From: a virus
Lineage: Duplodnaviria; Caudoviricetes
IMG/VR virus record: IMGVR_UViG_3300048783_000050
Location: 1 to 60,959 of that record
Strand: one strand, 5' to 3'
DNA length: 60,959 nucleotides
Below the pieces are notes generated by a model. That model had not been told where the DNA came from and made no database searches. It worked only from the letters and a program-made list of their open reading frames with translations. The first letter of the stretch is position 1; every line of letters begins with the position of its first letter. Made by a program: the position numbers and the translations under genes. Positions 35,339-44,698 of this stretch are shown here, in pieces.

Positions 35339-38300
35339 ATGGGAACTCGCAACTTCACGGGCGATCCCGGCCAGAACATCTCCGGCCCCGGCGGCGCCAC
35401 GGACCTGGTCCTCGTCGCCGGGTCGGACGCGGGCGGGAAGATCGGCCCGTCAGGGAGCTACGGGTACCAGGCCAACACCTCTGCCGTCGAGCAGCTGTAC
35501 CGCTCCCCGGACACCCCCGCGAGCCAGGACTACTACGCAGAGATAGAGCGCGTCGCCGCAGCGTACGCGTTCGACACCAAGCCCCCGGCGATCGTTCGCA
35601 TGTCTGCGGACGGCCTCACCCGCTACGAGGCGGTCATCGACACGGGGACCGGCACGGTGCGGCTGTACCGCGTAGTAGGCGGCGTGCGCGCGCCGGAGCT
35701 CGGCGTGTGGAGCGTCTACGCTCGCGCCGTGCGCCTTGCCGTCAGCGGGGTCGGGGCCACGGTGACGCTGACGGTGACGATCACCAACGACGAAAACGGG
35801 GCGGTCGTCACGCACCCGGCGGTCACCGACGCCCACGCCAACCGGATCACCGCGACGGGCTACCCCGGCTGCGGCTGGATTGCCGCGGCCAGCGCCACCA
35901 ACACGAGCACGGGCGGGGTCAACCTCGTCCGCTTCGCCTCGGACCAGATGGGCGAGGGCGGAGGCGACCCGATGCCGCCGCCGACCATCGACTCCATCGA
36001 CTCCCCCGGGGCTGGCACGTCGATCACCGCGGGCTCCGTGCAACTCGCCGCGACGCTGGGCGGGGGCGCGGCGGATTCCGTGGCCTGGTACCGGGGAGAC
36101 CCGGACGCGGGCGGCACGCTCTTGGGGAGCACGAACCCGTACCTGTACGACGTGACCGGCCGACCGGACGGGGTCGAGACCCTGTACGTCAGCGCCACCA
36201 ACGTCGGCGGCACGGACACTGACAGCCGCGCGCTCACTATCGGCGCCGGTGGCGCCTCGACCATCATCCTGGAGGACCCGGTGCGCGAGATTCGACACCC
36301 CTACGCCACCGCCGGCGTCCTGGAGGTCCCGGTGGTGGATATCGCCACCGGCCTGCGGGCATCGCCGTCGCTGGTGGCGGCGGACTTCATCGTCTCGAAG
36401 GACGGGAGCGCGGACGCGGTGATCTCCACCGTGGCGGGCACCGTGTACCGCGCCGGGGTGGCGCGCGTGCCGGTCTCGGTGGCCGACTGCACGGCGGCCC
36501 GGACGCTGGTGACGTTCTCTCGCTCCGGGTACGTGCCGGTCACCCTGGCGATCACCACCACTGATCACCCGGCCGCCGGGGATCCGAACGGGGCTACGGC
36601 CGCTGGCACCGCGGCCGCGCTCGCGCTAATTGGGGCGACGTCCGTCTCCATGGCGGCGACGCACGGCGCCCCTCAGGGTGGGGACCTGCTGATCTTCTCC
36701 GGCGGCGCCCGCGGGTACGTGGAGAGCGCGACCGGCTCCGGACCGTACACCTGCACGGTGCCGGCGGGGTTGTCGAAGGCAGCGGCGAGCGGCGAGACGT
36801 GGGTGGCATACGGCGGCGCCGGGGCGATCCTCTCCCCGGCGGAACGCGCCGCAGGGGCGGAGGCCGTGCGGGGAGTACTGCCGGAGATCGACAACCTCGA
36901 CACGCCGGTCTCCGGCCAGGGCACCCTGACGGCGGCGCAGGTGCGGGCGGAGATGGACGCCAGCAGCACCAAGCTCGCGGCCATCGCCACGGACGCGGGG
37001 TCGGCGGCTTCGAGCGCCGCGGCCGTCGCGGGACGCCTCACGACGACGCGAGCCGGGTACCTGGACAAGCTCAACGTCCCTGGCCAGGTGTCGTCGTCCC
37101 AGGAGGTCACGAGCATTCAGAACAACACGGACGTCGTCCGCTCGGTGCCGGTGGCGATGGATCGCCCGACCAGCGGGGCGACGTCCTACTTGCTTGAGTT
37201 CTTCACGTTCGACGGAGCGGGGGTTCCGATGGCTCCCGACGCCGCGCCGACCCTGGCGGCGACCAACGTGGCGGGCGTCAGCCGGGCCAGCCACCTGGAC
37301 AGCACCACGATGACCTTGGTGGCCCTGGGGTGGTACCGCGCGACATACACGGTGCAGAGCACCGACCCCAAAGAGCAGATCAACTTCCACTTCACGGTGC
37401 TGCGCGACGGGGTCGCGAGCACGTACCCCAACCAGGCGCAGGTGACGGACGCAGCGGCAACGGACTACACCACCGCCGACCGCACCCGGGACCAGGCCAC
37501 CGCCGCCGCCCTCGCGGACATGCAGGCCGTCGTCTCCGGGCTGCTGCCGGTCTCGGCGTACGAGGCGCCCAACAACACGGCCATCGCCACCCTCGTCGCC
37601 CGCCTCGGGGCGATCACCGGCTCCGGAGCGAACACCGTGCTGGGGCTCCTCCGCGCGCTGGGGCGCAAGGACGCCCCGGTCCCCTCTGATCTGGGCGGCA
37701 CCTACAACCCCGCCACCGACTCCGCGGAGGCGAGGGAGGAGCAGGCGGCAGCACTGGCCGCGTCCCTCGCCGCGGGCGTCACCCTCACCACCGGCGCGCG
37801 CGACGCGGTCGCCGGTGCCTCCGCGACCGCCACGGGCACCGCGCTCGCGCCGTCGCTCTCGTCGCTCGCTGGCCAGGTGGGCACCCCGCTCCAGGAGGGC
37901 GACTACACCCCTGCCCCGAGCGCCGGCACCATCGCCGACGTAGTGGACGCCGTGCTCGCGCCCAAGGTGGAGGCCGTGCCGGGCGCCGTCCGCACCGAAC
38001 TCGCCGACGAGCTGGAGATGCTGGACCTTCCGATCAGCGAGGTGGCCGCCGCGCCACTCGCCCTGGACAGCGAAGCCCTGGCGGAGATCGGCGGCGCGGT
38101 GAACGACGAGCTGTCCCGCCGCGGCACCGTCGCCGCCTCGCCCGCGCCGGCGGTGGGCGCGTTCACTGCGACCGGAGCGTTCCCCACCGCCACGAACGCC
38201 CTGCGCCGCGTCCTGGTGACGTTCACCAGCGGCGCCAACAAGGGGCTCGCCAGGAAGATCAACGGCGCCACCGTGGCGACTGGCGGCGCATCCGTCGCCC

Positions 38301-38371
38301 TCACCTTCGCCACCGCCTGGCCGGTCGCGCCCGCGGCCGGCGACACCTTCCGCCTCCACGGCGGGGCCTGA
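35339..38371 (+). CDS. Large modular Ala/Thr/Gly-rich virion-associated protein
   Basis: 1010 aa with an Ig-like segment and fibre-like stretches. Confidence 0.6.
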   Translation: MGTRNFTGDPGQNISGPGGATDLVLVAGSDAGGKIGPSGSYGYQANTSAVEQLYRSPDTPASQDYYAEIERVAAAYAFDTKPPAIVRMSADGLTRYEAVIDTGTGTVRLYRVVGGVRAPELGVWSVYARAVRLAVSGVGATVTLTVTITNDENGAVVTHPAVTDAHANRITATGYPGCGWIAAASATNTSTGGVNLVRFASDQMGEGGGDPMPPPTIDSIDSPGAGTSITAGSVQLAATLGGGAADSVAWYRGDPDAGGTLLGSTNPYLYDVTGRPDGVETLYVSATNVGGTDTDSRALTIGAGGASTIILEDPVREIRHPYATAGVLEVPVVDIATGLRASPSLVAADFIVSKDGSADAVISTVAGTVYRAGVARVPVSVADCTAARTLVTFSRSGYVPVTLAITTTDHPAAGDPNGATAAGTAAALALIGATSVSMAATHGAPQGGDLLIFSGGARGYVESATGSGPYTCTVPAGLSKAAASGETWVAYGGAGAILSPAERAAGAEAVRGVLPEIDNLDTPVSGQGTLTAAQVRAEMDASSTKLAAIATDAGSAASSAAAVAGRLTTTRAGYLDKLNVPGQVSSSQEVTSIQNNTDVVRSVPVAMDRPTSGATSYLLEFFTFDGAGVPMAPDAAPTLAATNVAGVSRASHLDSTTMTLVALGWYRATYTVQSTDPKEQINFHFTVLRDGVASTYPNQAQVTDAAATDYTTADRTRDQATAAALADMQAVVSGLLPVSAYEAPNNTAIATLVARLGAITGSGANTVLGLLRALGRKDAPVPSDLGGTYNPATDSAEAREEQAAALAASLAAGVTLTTGARDAVAGASATATGTALAPSLSSLAGQVGTPLQEGDYTPAPSAGTIADVVDAVLAPKVEAVPGAVRTELADELEMLDLPISEVAAAPLALDSEALAEIGGAVNDELSRRGTVAASPAPAVGAFTATGAFPTATNALRRVLVTFTSGANKGLARKINGATVATGGASVALTFATAWPVAPAAGDTFRLHGGA

Positions 38372-39096
38372 TGTCGCTCCTGCTCCTCGGCGACGATCCG
38401 GATGCGGCGGTTCCGGCGGGGAACCGCGTCGTCGCCCCACCGCAGGACCTGGTGGCCACGGCCGGCGAGCCCTATGCCGGGTGGATCCTGCACCCGGAGG
38501 CGGTGCTCCGGTGTTCGGTGGATTTCGCGGGCGTGCTGGTGGACGGGGAGGTGCTGGTGGGCGCCGAGATCGACGTGGACCGGCCGGCCGGACGCGGGTG
38601 GGAGGACGTGACCAGCGCCGTTCCGGTGGCCGGGCTCGCCGCGGGGGACACCGCCGCCACCTGGCGGATCGGGCCGGTGGAGGACGAGGGAGATTACCGA
38701 CTGCTGCTGGTGGTGACCACCGGCGACGGCCAGCAGCTGGCGGAGGAGGTCGCCCTGCAGGTGAGGTCCGCGCTACCGACGCCGCGGATGGAGCCGTGGG
38801 TGGACAACCGGGAGAGCAGCGAGATCTACGCGCTGGACTTCTCCGGCGCGCTGGACGCGGGCGAGACGGCGGACGGCTTCACGCTCCGGGTGGAGCGGGT
38901 GGGCCGTGCCGTGGTGGCCTGGACCGAGGAGGTGACTGGGGGCGGCGCGGAGCTGGTTGACGGCTCCGTGGTGTTCACGCGCGCGGCCGCGACCGGGGGC
39001 GACCCGCCGCCGGGAGCGTACCGAGTGACCGCGTCCGTCGCGACGTCGTACGGCCGGGTCCTCGTGGCCGCGGTGCCGATGCGACTCCGGGGGTAG
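38371..39096 (+). CDS. Hypothetical protein with two related beta-sandwich halves (fibre adaptor-like)
   Basis: VDFAGVLVDGE..YRLLLVVTTGDG versus LDFSGALDAGE..YRVTASVATSYG. Confidence 0.6.
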   Translation: MSLLLLGDDPDAAVPAGNRVVAPPQDLVATAGEPYAGWILHPEAVLRCSVDFAGVLVDGEVLVGAEIDVDRPAGRGWEDVTSAVPVAGLAAGDTAATWRIGPVEDEGDYRLLLVVTTGDGQQLAEEVALQVRSALPTPRMEPWVDNRESSEIYALDFSGALDAGETADGFTLRVERVGRAVVAWTEEVTGGGAELVDGSVVFTRAAATGGDPPPGAYRVTASVATSYGRVLVAAVPMRLRG

Positions 39097-39119
39097 CACC
39101 GCTGGCCTGTACGCGATGC

Positions 39120-39149
39120 GGCCCCGCGCCTCAAGAGAGGCGCGGGGCT
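39120..39149. terminator. Hairpin between convergent late and leftward units
   Basis: GGCCCCGCGCCTC-AAGA-GAGGCGCGGGGCT. Confidence 0.7.
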
Positions 39150-39157
39150 GCTGTCGT

Positions 39158-39607
39158 TCACGCGCCGAAGATCCACCCGTTGTCGCGGGGTTCGTCAGGC
39201 TGTTCTCGGTAGAACACCTGCCGCGTCGGCTCGTCGAGGCCCAGCCATGCACGGCGCCCCCCGGCGAACCGCGCCTCTCGCAACTCGATCAGGCGGCGCG
39301 GCTGTGCGCCGTCCGAAGTGGGCGGCAGCTCCGCTGCCTGGCGTCCCTGTGGCAACTCAACCCACGTGAACGCACCCGAGCGCTCCATCCCCGGTAGTGC
39401 GACGGCGGCGCAGACGAGGTCCCTGGGAGCGCCGTCGGTCCGTTCCGCCGCCGCGGCAGCCCACCACTCCCGAAACGGCGGAGCTCCAGGCGAGTCCCAC
39501 AGATCCGCGGCCACCATCGTTACGCGGTGGCCGTACGCCCACAACTCGTATCGGCGCTCGAGCTCGTCGAAATGTACCCCCGCGGGCTTCCCCTCGGTTC
39601 CGCTCAC
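39158..39607 (-). CDS. Hypothetical protein
   Basis: Coupled to the upstream HTH gene. Confidence 0.55.
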   Translation of the reverse strand: MSGTEGKPAGVHFDELERRYELWAYGHRVTMVAADLWDSPGAPPFREWWAAAAAERTDGAPRDLVCAAVALPGMERSGAFTWVELPQGRQAAELPPTSDGAQPRRLIELREARFAGGRRAWLGLDEPTRQVFYREQPDEPRDNGWIFGA

Positions 39608-40059
39608 CCCTCCTCCTTGCGCTTCCCGCGCTTCTTGGTGGCCTTCCCGCCGACCTGGCGCTCCTTTGAGTACGGCTCGCGAGCCGCCACCCCTGCGGCC
39701 GCATCTCCTGAAAAGGATCCCTTTTCGTGGGGTGGTCGTGCCGGGGCTGGCCGCAGCACGTCGCCGGCGAGCGCCTTACGCGGCCGCCCTCGCTTCCCCG
39801 GCCCGCGCTTCCCCTTGCTCGGGTGCTCCGGCGGAGTGAGCTGCGCCACAGCCACGGCCGTCGCTTCGACTCCACCCCCGATCCGGCGGAGCGCAGCCAC
39901 CAACCGCGGCAAGTTCTCTGGCGAGGGGAAGTCGCGCCCCGTGCGCCAGGAGTGTACCGCCGAGAGGCTGATCGGGTCGCCGTCCTCCAGCATCGCGGCG
40001 TGAATCGCCGTAGCCGGGACGGGGCATTTCTCAAGCAGGGACACGAGAGTTTCCGCCAA
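39604..40059 (-). CDS. Cro/C1-type HTH regulator with basic C-terminal tail
   Basis: ISLSAVHSWRTGRDFPSPENLPRLVAAL; AT-hook-like KRGRPRK. Confidence 0.75.
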   Translation of the reverse strand: MAETLVSLLEKCPVPATAIHAAMLEDGDPISLSAVHSWRTGRDFPSPENLPRLVAALRRIGGGVEATAVAVAQLTPPEHPSKGKRGPGKRGRPRKALAGDVLRPAPARPPHEKGSFSGDAAAGVAAREPYSKERQVGGKATKKRGKRKEEG

Positions 40060-40112
40060 CCGTGCGGCTCCGGAGCGAGGTGAGCGAGCCCGCCGAACAG
40101 CCCCAAGATACC

Positions 40113-40172
40113 GCTACAATATTTCTCACACAAGACCCTTGACGGCGCTTGATGCTACAATTAGTATTGTAG
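40113..40172 (+). promoter_or_regulatory. Rightward promoter with overlapping operator
   Basis: TTGACG(40139)-17-TAGTAT; palindrome CTACAAT-N4-ATTGTAG at 40155-40172; extra half-site GCTACAAT at 40113. Confidence 0.8.
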
Positions 40173-40211
40173 TGCAAGCACGACAGACGCCACGCCGCAC
40201 CGGAGCAGACC

Positions 40212-40535
40212 ATGGCCGCCACCGCCTCGATCAGCCCGACCGACACCGTGGACCTGCTGGGCGACTATGTGCCGTGGATCAAGCTCCAGATGCAGGACGA
40301 GGGGTATGCCGAGCCCGCGCTGGTGCCGGACTGGCCCGCACTTGTCGGCAGGGCGCTCCTACGGGCGAGGGACACCTCAGAGCGGTGGGCGGCTGGCCTA
40401 CTGGGGCATGGGGGGATGTATGTCCGCGAGCGGGCGGAGACTGCGGCGGACGTAATCGCGACAGGCGCATTTGTAGGCGTCCACCTGGACGACACGGTGC
40501 GGCGAGCAGGGCGGCGCCTCTCCGCGGGGTTCTGA
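40212..40535 (+). CDS. Hypothetical protein
   Basis: GGAG RBS, first gene after promoter. Confidence 0.65.
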   Translation: MAATASISPTDTVDLLGDYVPWIKLQMQDEGYAEPALVPDWPALVGRALLRARDTSERWAAGLLGHGGMYVRERAETAADVIATGAFVGVHLDDTVRRAGRRLSAGF

Positions 40536-40579
40536 CCCCCGACCCCGGGGCACTCCCCATCACCTGAACCGAGACGACC

Positions 40580-40852
40580 ATGACCGCCACCGCCCGGATC
40601 AGCGCGACCGAGACCGCGAAGGAAGCTCGCGCCGCCCTGAAGGCCGCCTACCCGGGCGTGACGTTCTCGGTGAGGGCGAGTCGCTCCGCCGGCTGCAACG
40701 CGCTCTCGGTATCGTGGCAGGATGGGCCGACGAAGGCCGAGGTGCGGCCGGTGGTAGCGCTGTTCCAGGGCACGGAGTTCGACGCCCGCGACGACAGCCG
40801 GGAGGTGCGCGGCGCCTACGCGGTGGACTCGATCCACCTGCACAGGGACTGA
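40580..40852 (+). CDS. LPD29-like domain protein
   Basis: ETAKEARAALKAAYPGVTFSVR..SVSWQDGPT. Confidence 0.75.
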   Translation: MTATARISATETAKEARAALKAAYPGVTFSVRASRSAGCNALSVSWQDGPTKAEVRPVVALFQGTEFDARDDSREVRGAYAVDSIHLHRD

Positions 40853-40856
40853 GGCC

Positions 40857-41207
40857 GTGACGCCCGCGCAGGCCGCCAAGATCGCGACGTTCCCGGACCT
40901 CAACGCGCGGGGCGTGTTCAGCTACGGGGGGCGCGTCTCCAGGGTGTTGTACTGGCGCAAGTGGGTCGCCGCCGAGGTGGTGCCAGATGTGGCGTGGAGA
41001 GAGACCCGCTGGTATGCCATCCTCGTGGACGGCGGGACCCTGTCGCTCTGGGGGACAACGCCCGAGTCACCCGGGCGCGAGGGGATCACGCTGGCGACGC
41101 TGACGGACAGAGGGATCCGGTGGCGCCAGCACCGGGCGAAGTGCCCCGCGCACCGCCGGCCGAGCGCGATCCGCCGCTGCAAAGTCTCTGACGCGCTGCC
41201 GTTCTGA
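40857..41207 (+). CDS. Hypothetical protein
   Basis: ORF follows upstream stop with GAGG RBS. Confidence 0.5.
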   Translation: MTPAQAAKIATFPDLNARGVFSYGGRVSRVLYWRKWVAAEVVPDVAWRETRWYAILVDGGTLSLWGTTPESPGREGITLATLTDRGIRWRQHRAKCPAHRRPSAIRRCKVSDALPF

Positions 41208-41253
41208 CGCCCGCCCCCCCCGGGCGCTCCCCATCACCTCAACCGAGACGACG

Positions 41254-41415
41254 ATGCCCGCCACGCACCGAAACCGAGCCACCCACCGGGCGCGCCGCCG
41301 CACCGTGCGGGACTGGATGCGTCGCATGGTCCGGGTCCGCCGGGCCTTCCGAGGCGTCAAGCGGGTGCGGGACAGCGACGTACGGCGGGCACTGGAGCGC
41401 GCGGCCCGAGGCTGA
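41254..41415 (+). CDS. 53-aa extremely Arg-rich peptide (not in ORF track)
   Basis: ATG embedded in the repeated RBS element; MPATHRNRATHRARRRTVRDWMRRMVRVRRAFRGVKRVRDSDVRRALERAARG. Confidence 0.6.
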   Translation: MPATHRNRATHRARRRTVRDWMRRMVRVRRAFRGVKRVRDSDVRRALERAARG

Positions 41416-41451
41416 CGGGCACTCCCCATCACCCACGCGTAGGTGCGCACG

Positions 41452-41697
41452 ATGAAGCTTGACGACGCCCGACCCGACTTGATCCGCGCGCTGGCACTCG
41501 CTGCCGAGGAGCACGGCGTCCCCAACCGCTTCAGCCCCGCCGAGCTGGAGGCGCACTACGGCGGGCCGGCCCCGCTTACGACGGGCGTGCTGTGGAGCCG
41601 GGAGAACTGCCTCCTGCGGGACGCCTGGCGCGACGAACACGGGTTGGAGGTGACGTACGCGGACCGCGTGTTCAGCGTCGGGCCGGCGGCGAAGTAG
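41452..41697 (+). CDS. Hypothetical protein
   Basis: AGG RBS, GC3 bias. Confidence 0.6.
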   Translation: MKLDDARPDLIRALALAAEEHGVPNRFSPAELEAHYGGPAPLTTGVLWSRENCLLRDAWRDEHGLEVTYADRVFSVGPAAK

Positions 41698-41770
41698 CGG
41701 CGACGCTTCAAGTAATCCCGCGGCGCCTACACCGGGTGCCGCGCCACCACCGGACCGGAGCACGCGCGCC

Positions 41771-42187
41771 ATGCAGATGAACGACGGGACGGACCTGATC
41801 GGAGGAGGGGTCGCGGCTGGGCGGATCGTGGCGCCCTGGACGCAGGCGCAGGTGGTGGGGCTCAACCGCTGGCAGATGGCGGGGTACGTCCCCGAGTTCA
41901 CGTGCGGAAACCGCCGGACGCTGTTCCATGTGCCGGGCGAGGACGTTCTGGTGGCGACGGTGGCCGGCTGGGTCTGCCCCTCCGGATGCGGCTACACCCA
42001 GGATTGGGCGCACGCCTTCATGGCGGACGACCCGCCCGCGCCGCACCCGCTCATCACGGTGGAGGAGCCCGATGCCTGCCCCTACTGCCTGGACCTGGGC
42101 TTCAACCGTCCCGACGACAGCGGGGAGTTCTGGACCTGCCCGGAGTGCGGCAACCTGTACGGCGACTGCGGCACCGACGACGAGTAG
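41771..42187 (+). CDS. Zinc-finger protein
   Basis: FTC..WVCPSGCGYTQDW; CPYC..CPECG. Confidence 0.65.
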   Translation: MQMNDGTDLIGGGVAAGRIVAPWTQAQVVGLNRWQMAGYVPEFTCGNRRTLFHVPGEDVLVATVAGWVCPSGCGYTQDWAHAFMADDPPAPHPLITVEEPDACPYCLDLGFNRPDDSGEFWTCPECGNLYGDCGTDDE

Positions 42188-42255
42188 CCCCACCCCGGCA
42201 CCCTGCACCAGGGCAGGGTGCCGAGCCACCACGCCAGCAGACACGGAGCGGGACG

Positions 42256-42492
42256 ATGCAGCAGGAACGGCGGCAGATCGTGGAAGAGATGGACGCGGCG
42301 CTGGAGCGGATGCGCGGGCGATGGGGCGCGGAGAACCCGCACTGCCGGTCCCTCCAGGCGAAGCGCGACGCCGTAGCGGCTGGAGCGGCGTTCGTCGTCA
42401 CGGATGCCACCGCAGACACGCTCCGGGCGGTGGGCTCCATGATCGGCCGCCTCACGCGGACCTCGCGACTGCGCCAGCACGTTCTGGCCTGA
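42256..42492 (+). CDS. Hypothetical protein
   Basis: GGAG RBS after hairpin spacer. Confidence 0.55.
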   Translation: MQQERRQIVEEMDAALERMRGRWGAENPHCRSLQAKRDAVAAGAAFVVTDATADTLRAVGSMIGRLTRTSRLRQHVLA

Positions 42493-42520
42493 CCGAACTT
42501 CACACCCTGGAGCGCGAGCC

Positions 42521-42757
42521 ATGTACACGGACGAGTACGAGAAGAAGGGGCCGGAGTGGTGCGACGGCTGCGGCGCCGACCGCGTGGAGGAATGCACCTG
42601 CGACGACGACGTGGACCCCGAGCTGAAATGCACGCGCTGCGGCGGGGAAGGCCGCCAGGAAGGCAACGCGCTGGAGGAGCCCGTTGACGACTTCGGAGAA
42701 ATCCGCTGCAAGGCGTGCGGTGGCTCCGGGCTTCGGAAGGACCAAACCATCTGGTGA
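42521..42757 (+). CDS. Small acidic protein with DnaJ-type CxxCxGxG zinc finger
   Basis: CTRCGGEG..CKACGGSG. Confidence 0.7.
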   Translation: MYTDEYEKKGPEWCDGCGADRVEECTCDDDVDPELKCTRCGGEGRQEGNALEEPVDDFGEIRCKACGGSGLRKDQTIW

Positions 42758-42818
42758 GCCGCTGACGCACCGGGGCGCCCGAGGTGGGCGCTCCTCACCC
42801 TGCACCCGGAGTAGGACC

Positions 42819-43097
42819 GTGGAAGACGCGAGCGACGGACGGCGGGTGGACTTGATCGGGCCGCGCGGGCCGGTGTCGGCGTGGATCGCGGGCGATGGTA
42901 CGCTGTGGCTGGAAGTGGTCACCGGCAGCACGGGAAAGGTCGTCGCGGTGGCGCCGGAGTGTCTGCCGGCTCTCCGCAGCATGCTCAACGGCGACGGCGC
43001 GAGCGACGATTCCGGTTGCGCTGACTGCGGGCGACCCTGGCAGGAGCACACCGTGGGCGACCCCGAAGAAGGCGGCTTCCTGCACTGCCCGGCCTGA
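42819..43097 (+). CDS. Hypothetical protein
   Basis: GGAG/AGGA RBS, CADC..H..C motif. Confidence 0.55.
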   Translation: MEDASDGRRVDLIGPRGPVSAWIAGDGTLWLEVVTGSTGKVVAVAPECLPALRSMLNGDGASDDSGCADCGRPWQEHTVGDPEEGGFLHCPA

Positions 43098-43151
43098 CGA
43101 CGTTCCGGGCGCTCTGCGGGGCGCCCCTCACCCTGAACCGAGAACCGAGCC

Positions 43152-43367
43152 ATGAACCTGACCACGACGAGACCCGCGGGTCTGAAGCTGGGCCGGGAGC
43201 GCATCCGCCTGCTGTCCGCCTCTCCCGCGCTCGGAGCCTCGGCGCGGGAGCGAATCACCGTCTACACCTGCGAGTCGGGACACACCGGCTGCACCACGTC
43301 GCATATGCAGTCGTGCGTGGACTATACGTACACCTGCGCGTCGTGGGAGCAAGGCTGCTACAACTAG
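43152..43367 (+). CDS. RiPP (lanthipeptide-like) precursor peptide, orphan
   Basis: Leader LKLGRERIRLL; core with 5 Cys and 11 Ser/Thr. Confidence 0.6.
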   Translation: MNLTTTRPAGLKLGRERIRLLSASPALGASARERITVYTCESGHTGCTTSHMQSCVDYTYTCASWEQGCYN

Positions 43368-43412
43368 GGACCACACGACGCCCCTCACCTACCGCACGGG
43401 AGCAGGACGAAG

Positions 43413-43676
43413 ATGGACGATGCCTACATCGGCCGGGCGGCGCGCTCGGCAGCCAGGTACGCCGGGGCGTCGGAGGCCAGACGGGATGCCATCGCGGAGC
43501 GGTGGAGCGGCGACATCTACTTCTGCGTGGAGTGCGACGAGGCGTGCCGCGCACCCGGCACCTACACGAAGTGCTCCGACTTCCCGCGCCAGCACGACGA
43601 GACCGGCTACCGCGGCACGGGCACGGATTACCCGGAGGCGGTCCGGCTCCTCGCTCGGCTGATCGCGGCAGACTGA
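43413..43676 (+). CDS. Hypothetical protein
   Basis: RBS AGGA; CVEC..C..C. Confidence 0.55.
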   Translation: MDDAYIGRAARSAARYAGASEARRDAIAERWSGDIYFCVECDEACRAPGTYTKCSDFPRQHDETGYRGTGTDYPEAVRLLARLIAAD

Positions 43677-43734
43677 GGACAACGGGCGGCGCTCCACGGG
43701 CGCCCCCTGAACCATCCACGCGGCGAGGAGCGCC

Positions 43735-44172
43735 ATGTACGATCAGGAATACGATCCGCTGAGCGAAGAGGAGGAGCAGGCCGCGTGGGAGGAGCGCGAA
43801 GCCGAGCGGCTTGCGTGGGACCGGGAGCAGGCGCGCCCGATCAACCGCTTCCGCCGCTGGGCGCGGCACGGCTGGAGCAACTTCCGCTACCGTCTGCGCC
43901 AGCGGCTTCCCTGGCGCGTCGTGAGCCGGCACCGCTTCAGCCGGTGGGAGACGTGGAAGCCGGGCGTGCAGGGGCCGTGGGTGGACGAGTACGGGTACGA
44001 GCTGGGCCGCGACATGTCCGGCGCTGCCGTCTACACCTTCTGGTGGGGCCGCTGGCAGTGGAGCGTGATTCCGCCCTGGGAGATGCGGAGGGTGCGCGCC
44101 TTCGACGCCGCAGAGGCGCGGATGTACGAGGAGATGCGCACCTACGACGACATGTATGCGGCGGATCTCTGA
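43735..44172 (+). CDS. Hypothetical Trp/Arg-rich protein
   Basis: GAGGAG RBS. Confidence 0.6.
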   Translation: MYDQEYDPLSEEEEQAAWEEREAERLAWDREQARPINRFRRWARHGWSNFRYRLRQRLPWRVVSRHRFSRWETWKPGVQGPWVDEYGYELGRDMSGAAVYTFWWGRWQWSVIPPWEMRRVRAFDAAEARMYEEMRTYDDMYAADL

Positions 44173-44236
44173 CCACCCTCCAGGGCCCCACCTCTCCACG
44201 GGGGCCCTGACCCACGCACAACGCGGGAGAAGCAGC

Positions 44237-44698
44237 ATGGACGACGAAAGGACCCTGGACGCTGGGGGTGCGGAGCCAGGTCCGGAGATGGACGCACTCG
44301 TAGCGGTACGGGTGCTCGGGCTCGCTCCTGTGGCGTGGGGCGAGGCGACGCCTTGCCCGGAATGCGGTGGCGAGATGCGGTACTGCGGCGCGCGGTCGCG
44401 TTGCTGCAACTGCTCTGAATGGAGGTACAGCGCTTACCGGGAGTACTCCACCGAGATTGTCGCAGCCTGGCAGGTGGTGGAAGCGCTGGCGGCGCGGGAT
44501 TTCGTCGCAACGATCACGTCGGCCGACGTGATCCGCCCTGGCGCGTGGCTCGTGTGGTTCATCGACGCCAGCCGGCAGCAGTGGTTCGGGGAAGGCCCCA
44601 CGGCGCCAATCGCGATCAGTCGCGCCGCACTCAGGGCGTTCGGAATCGGCAGCCCGGATCAGGCGCCGTTGCCCCGCAGCGGGGGAGCAAGATCATGA
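44237..44698 (+). CDS. Phage ABA-sandwich domain protein with inserted zinc finger
   Basis: PGPEMDALVAVRVLG..CPECG..YSTEIVAAWQVVEAL..TAPIAISRAAL. Confidence 0.75.
   Translation: MDDERTLDAGGAEPGPEMDALVAVRVLGLAPVAWGEATPCPECGGEMRYCGARSRCCNCSEWRYSAYREYSTEIVAAWQVVEALAARDFVATITSADVIRPGAWLVWFIDASRQQWFGEGPTAPIAISRAALRAFGIGSPDQAPLPRSGGARS

Larger units (their letters stand above)
40548..41433 (+). repeat. Direct intergenic repeats GGGC(A/G)CTCCCCATCACC..AACCGAGACGAC.ATG
   Basis: 40548-40582 and 41222-41256 match at 32/35 nt; partial copy at 41417-41433. Confidence 0.85.

Noticed and set aside
24205-38371. Diversity-generating retroelement acting on fibre genes
   Set aside because: No reverse transcriptase ORF and no TR/VR repeat pair noticed
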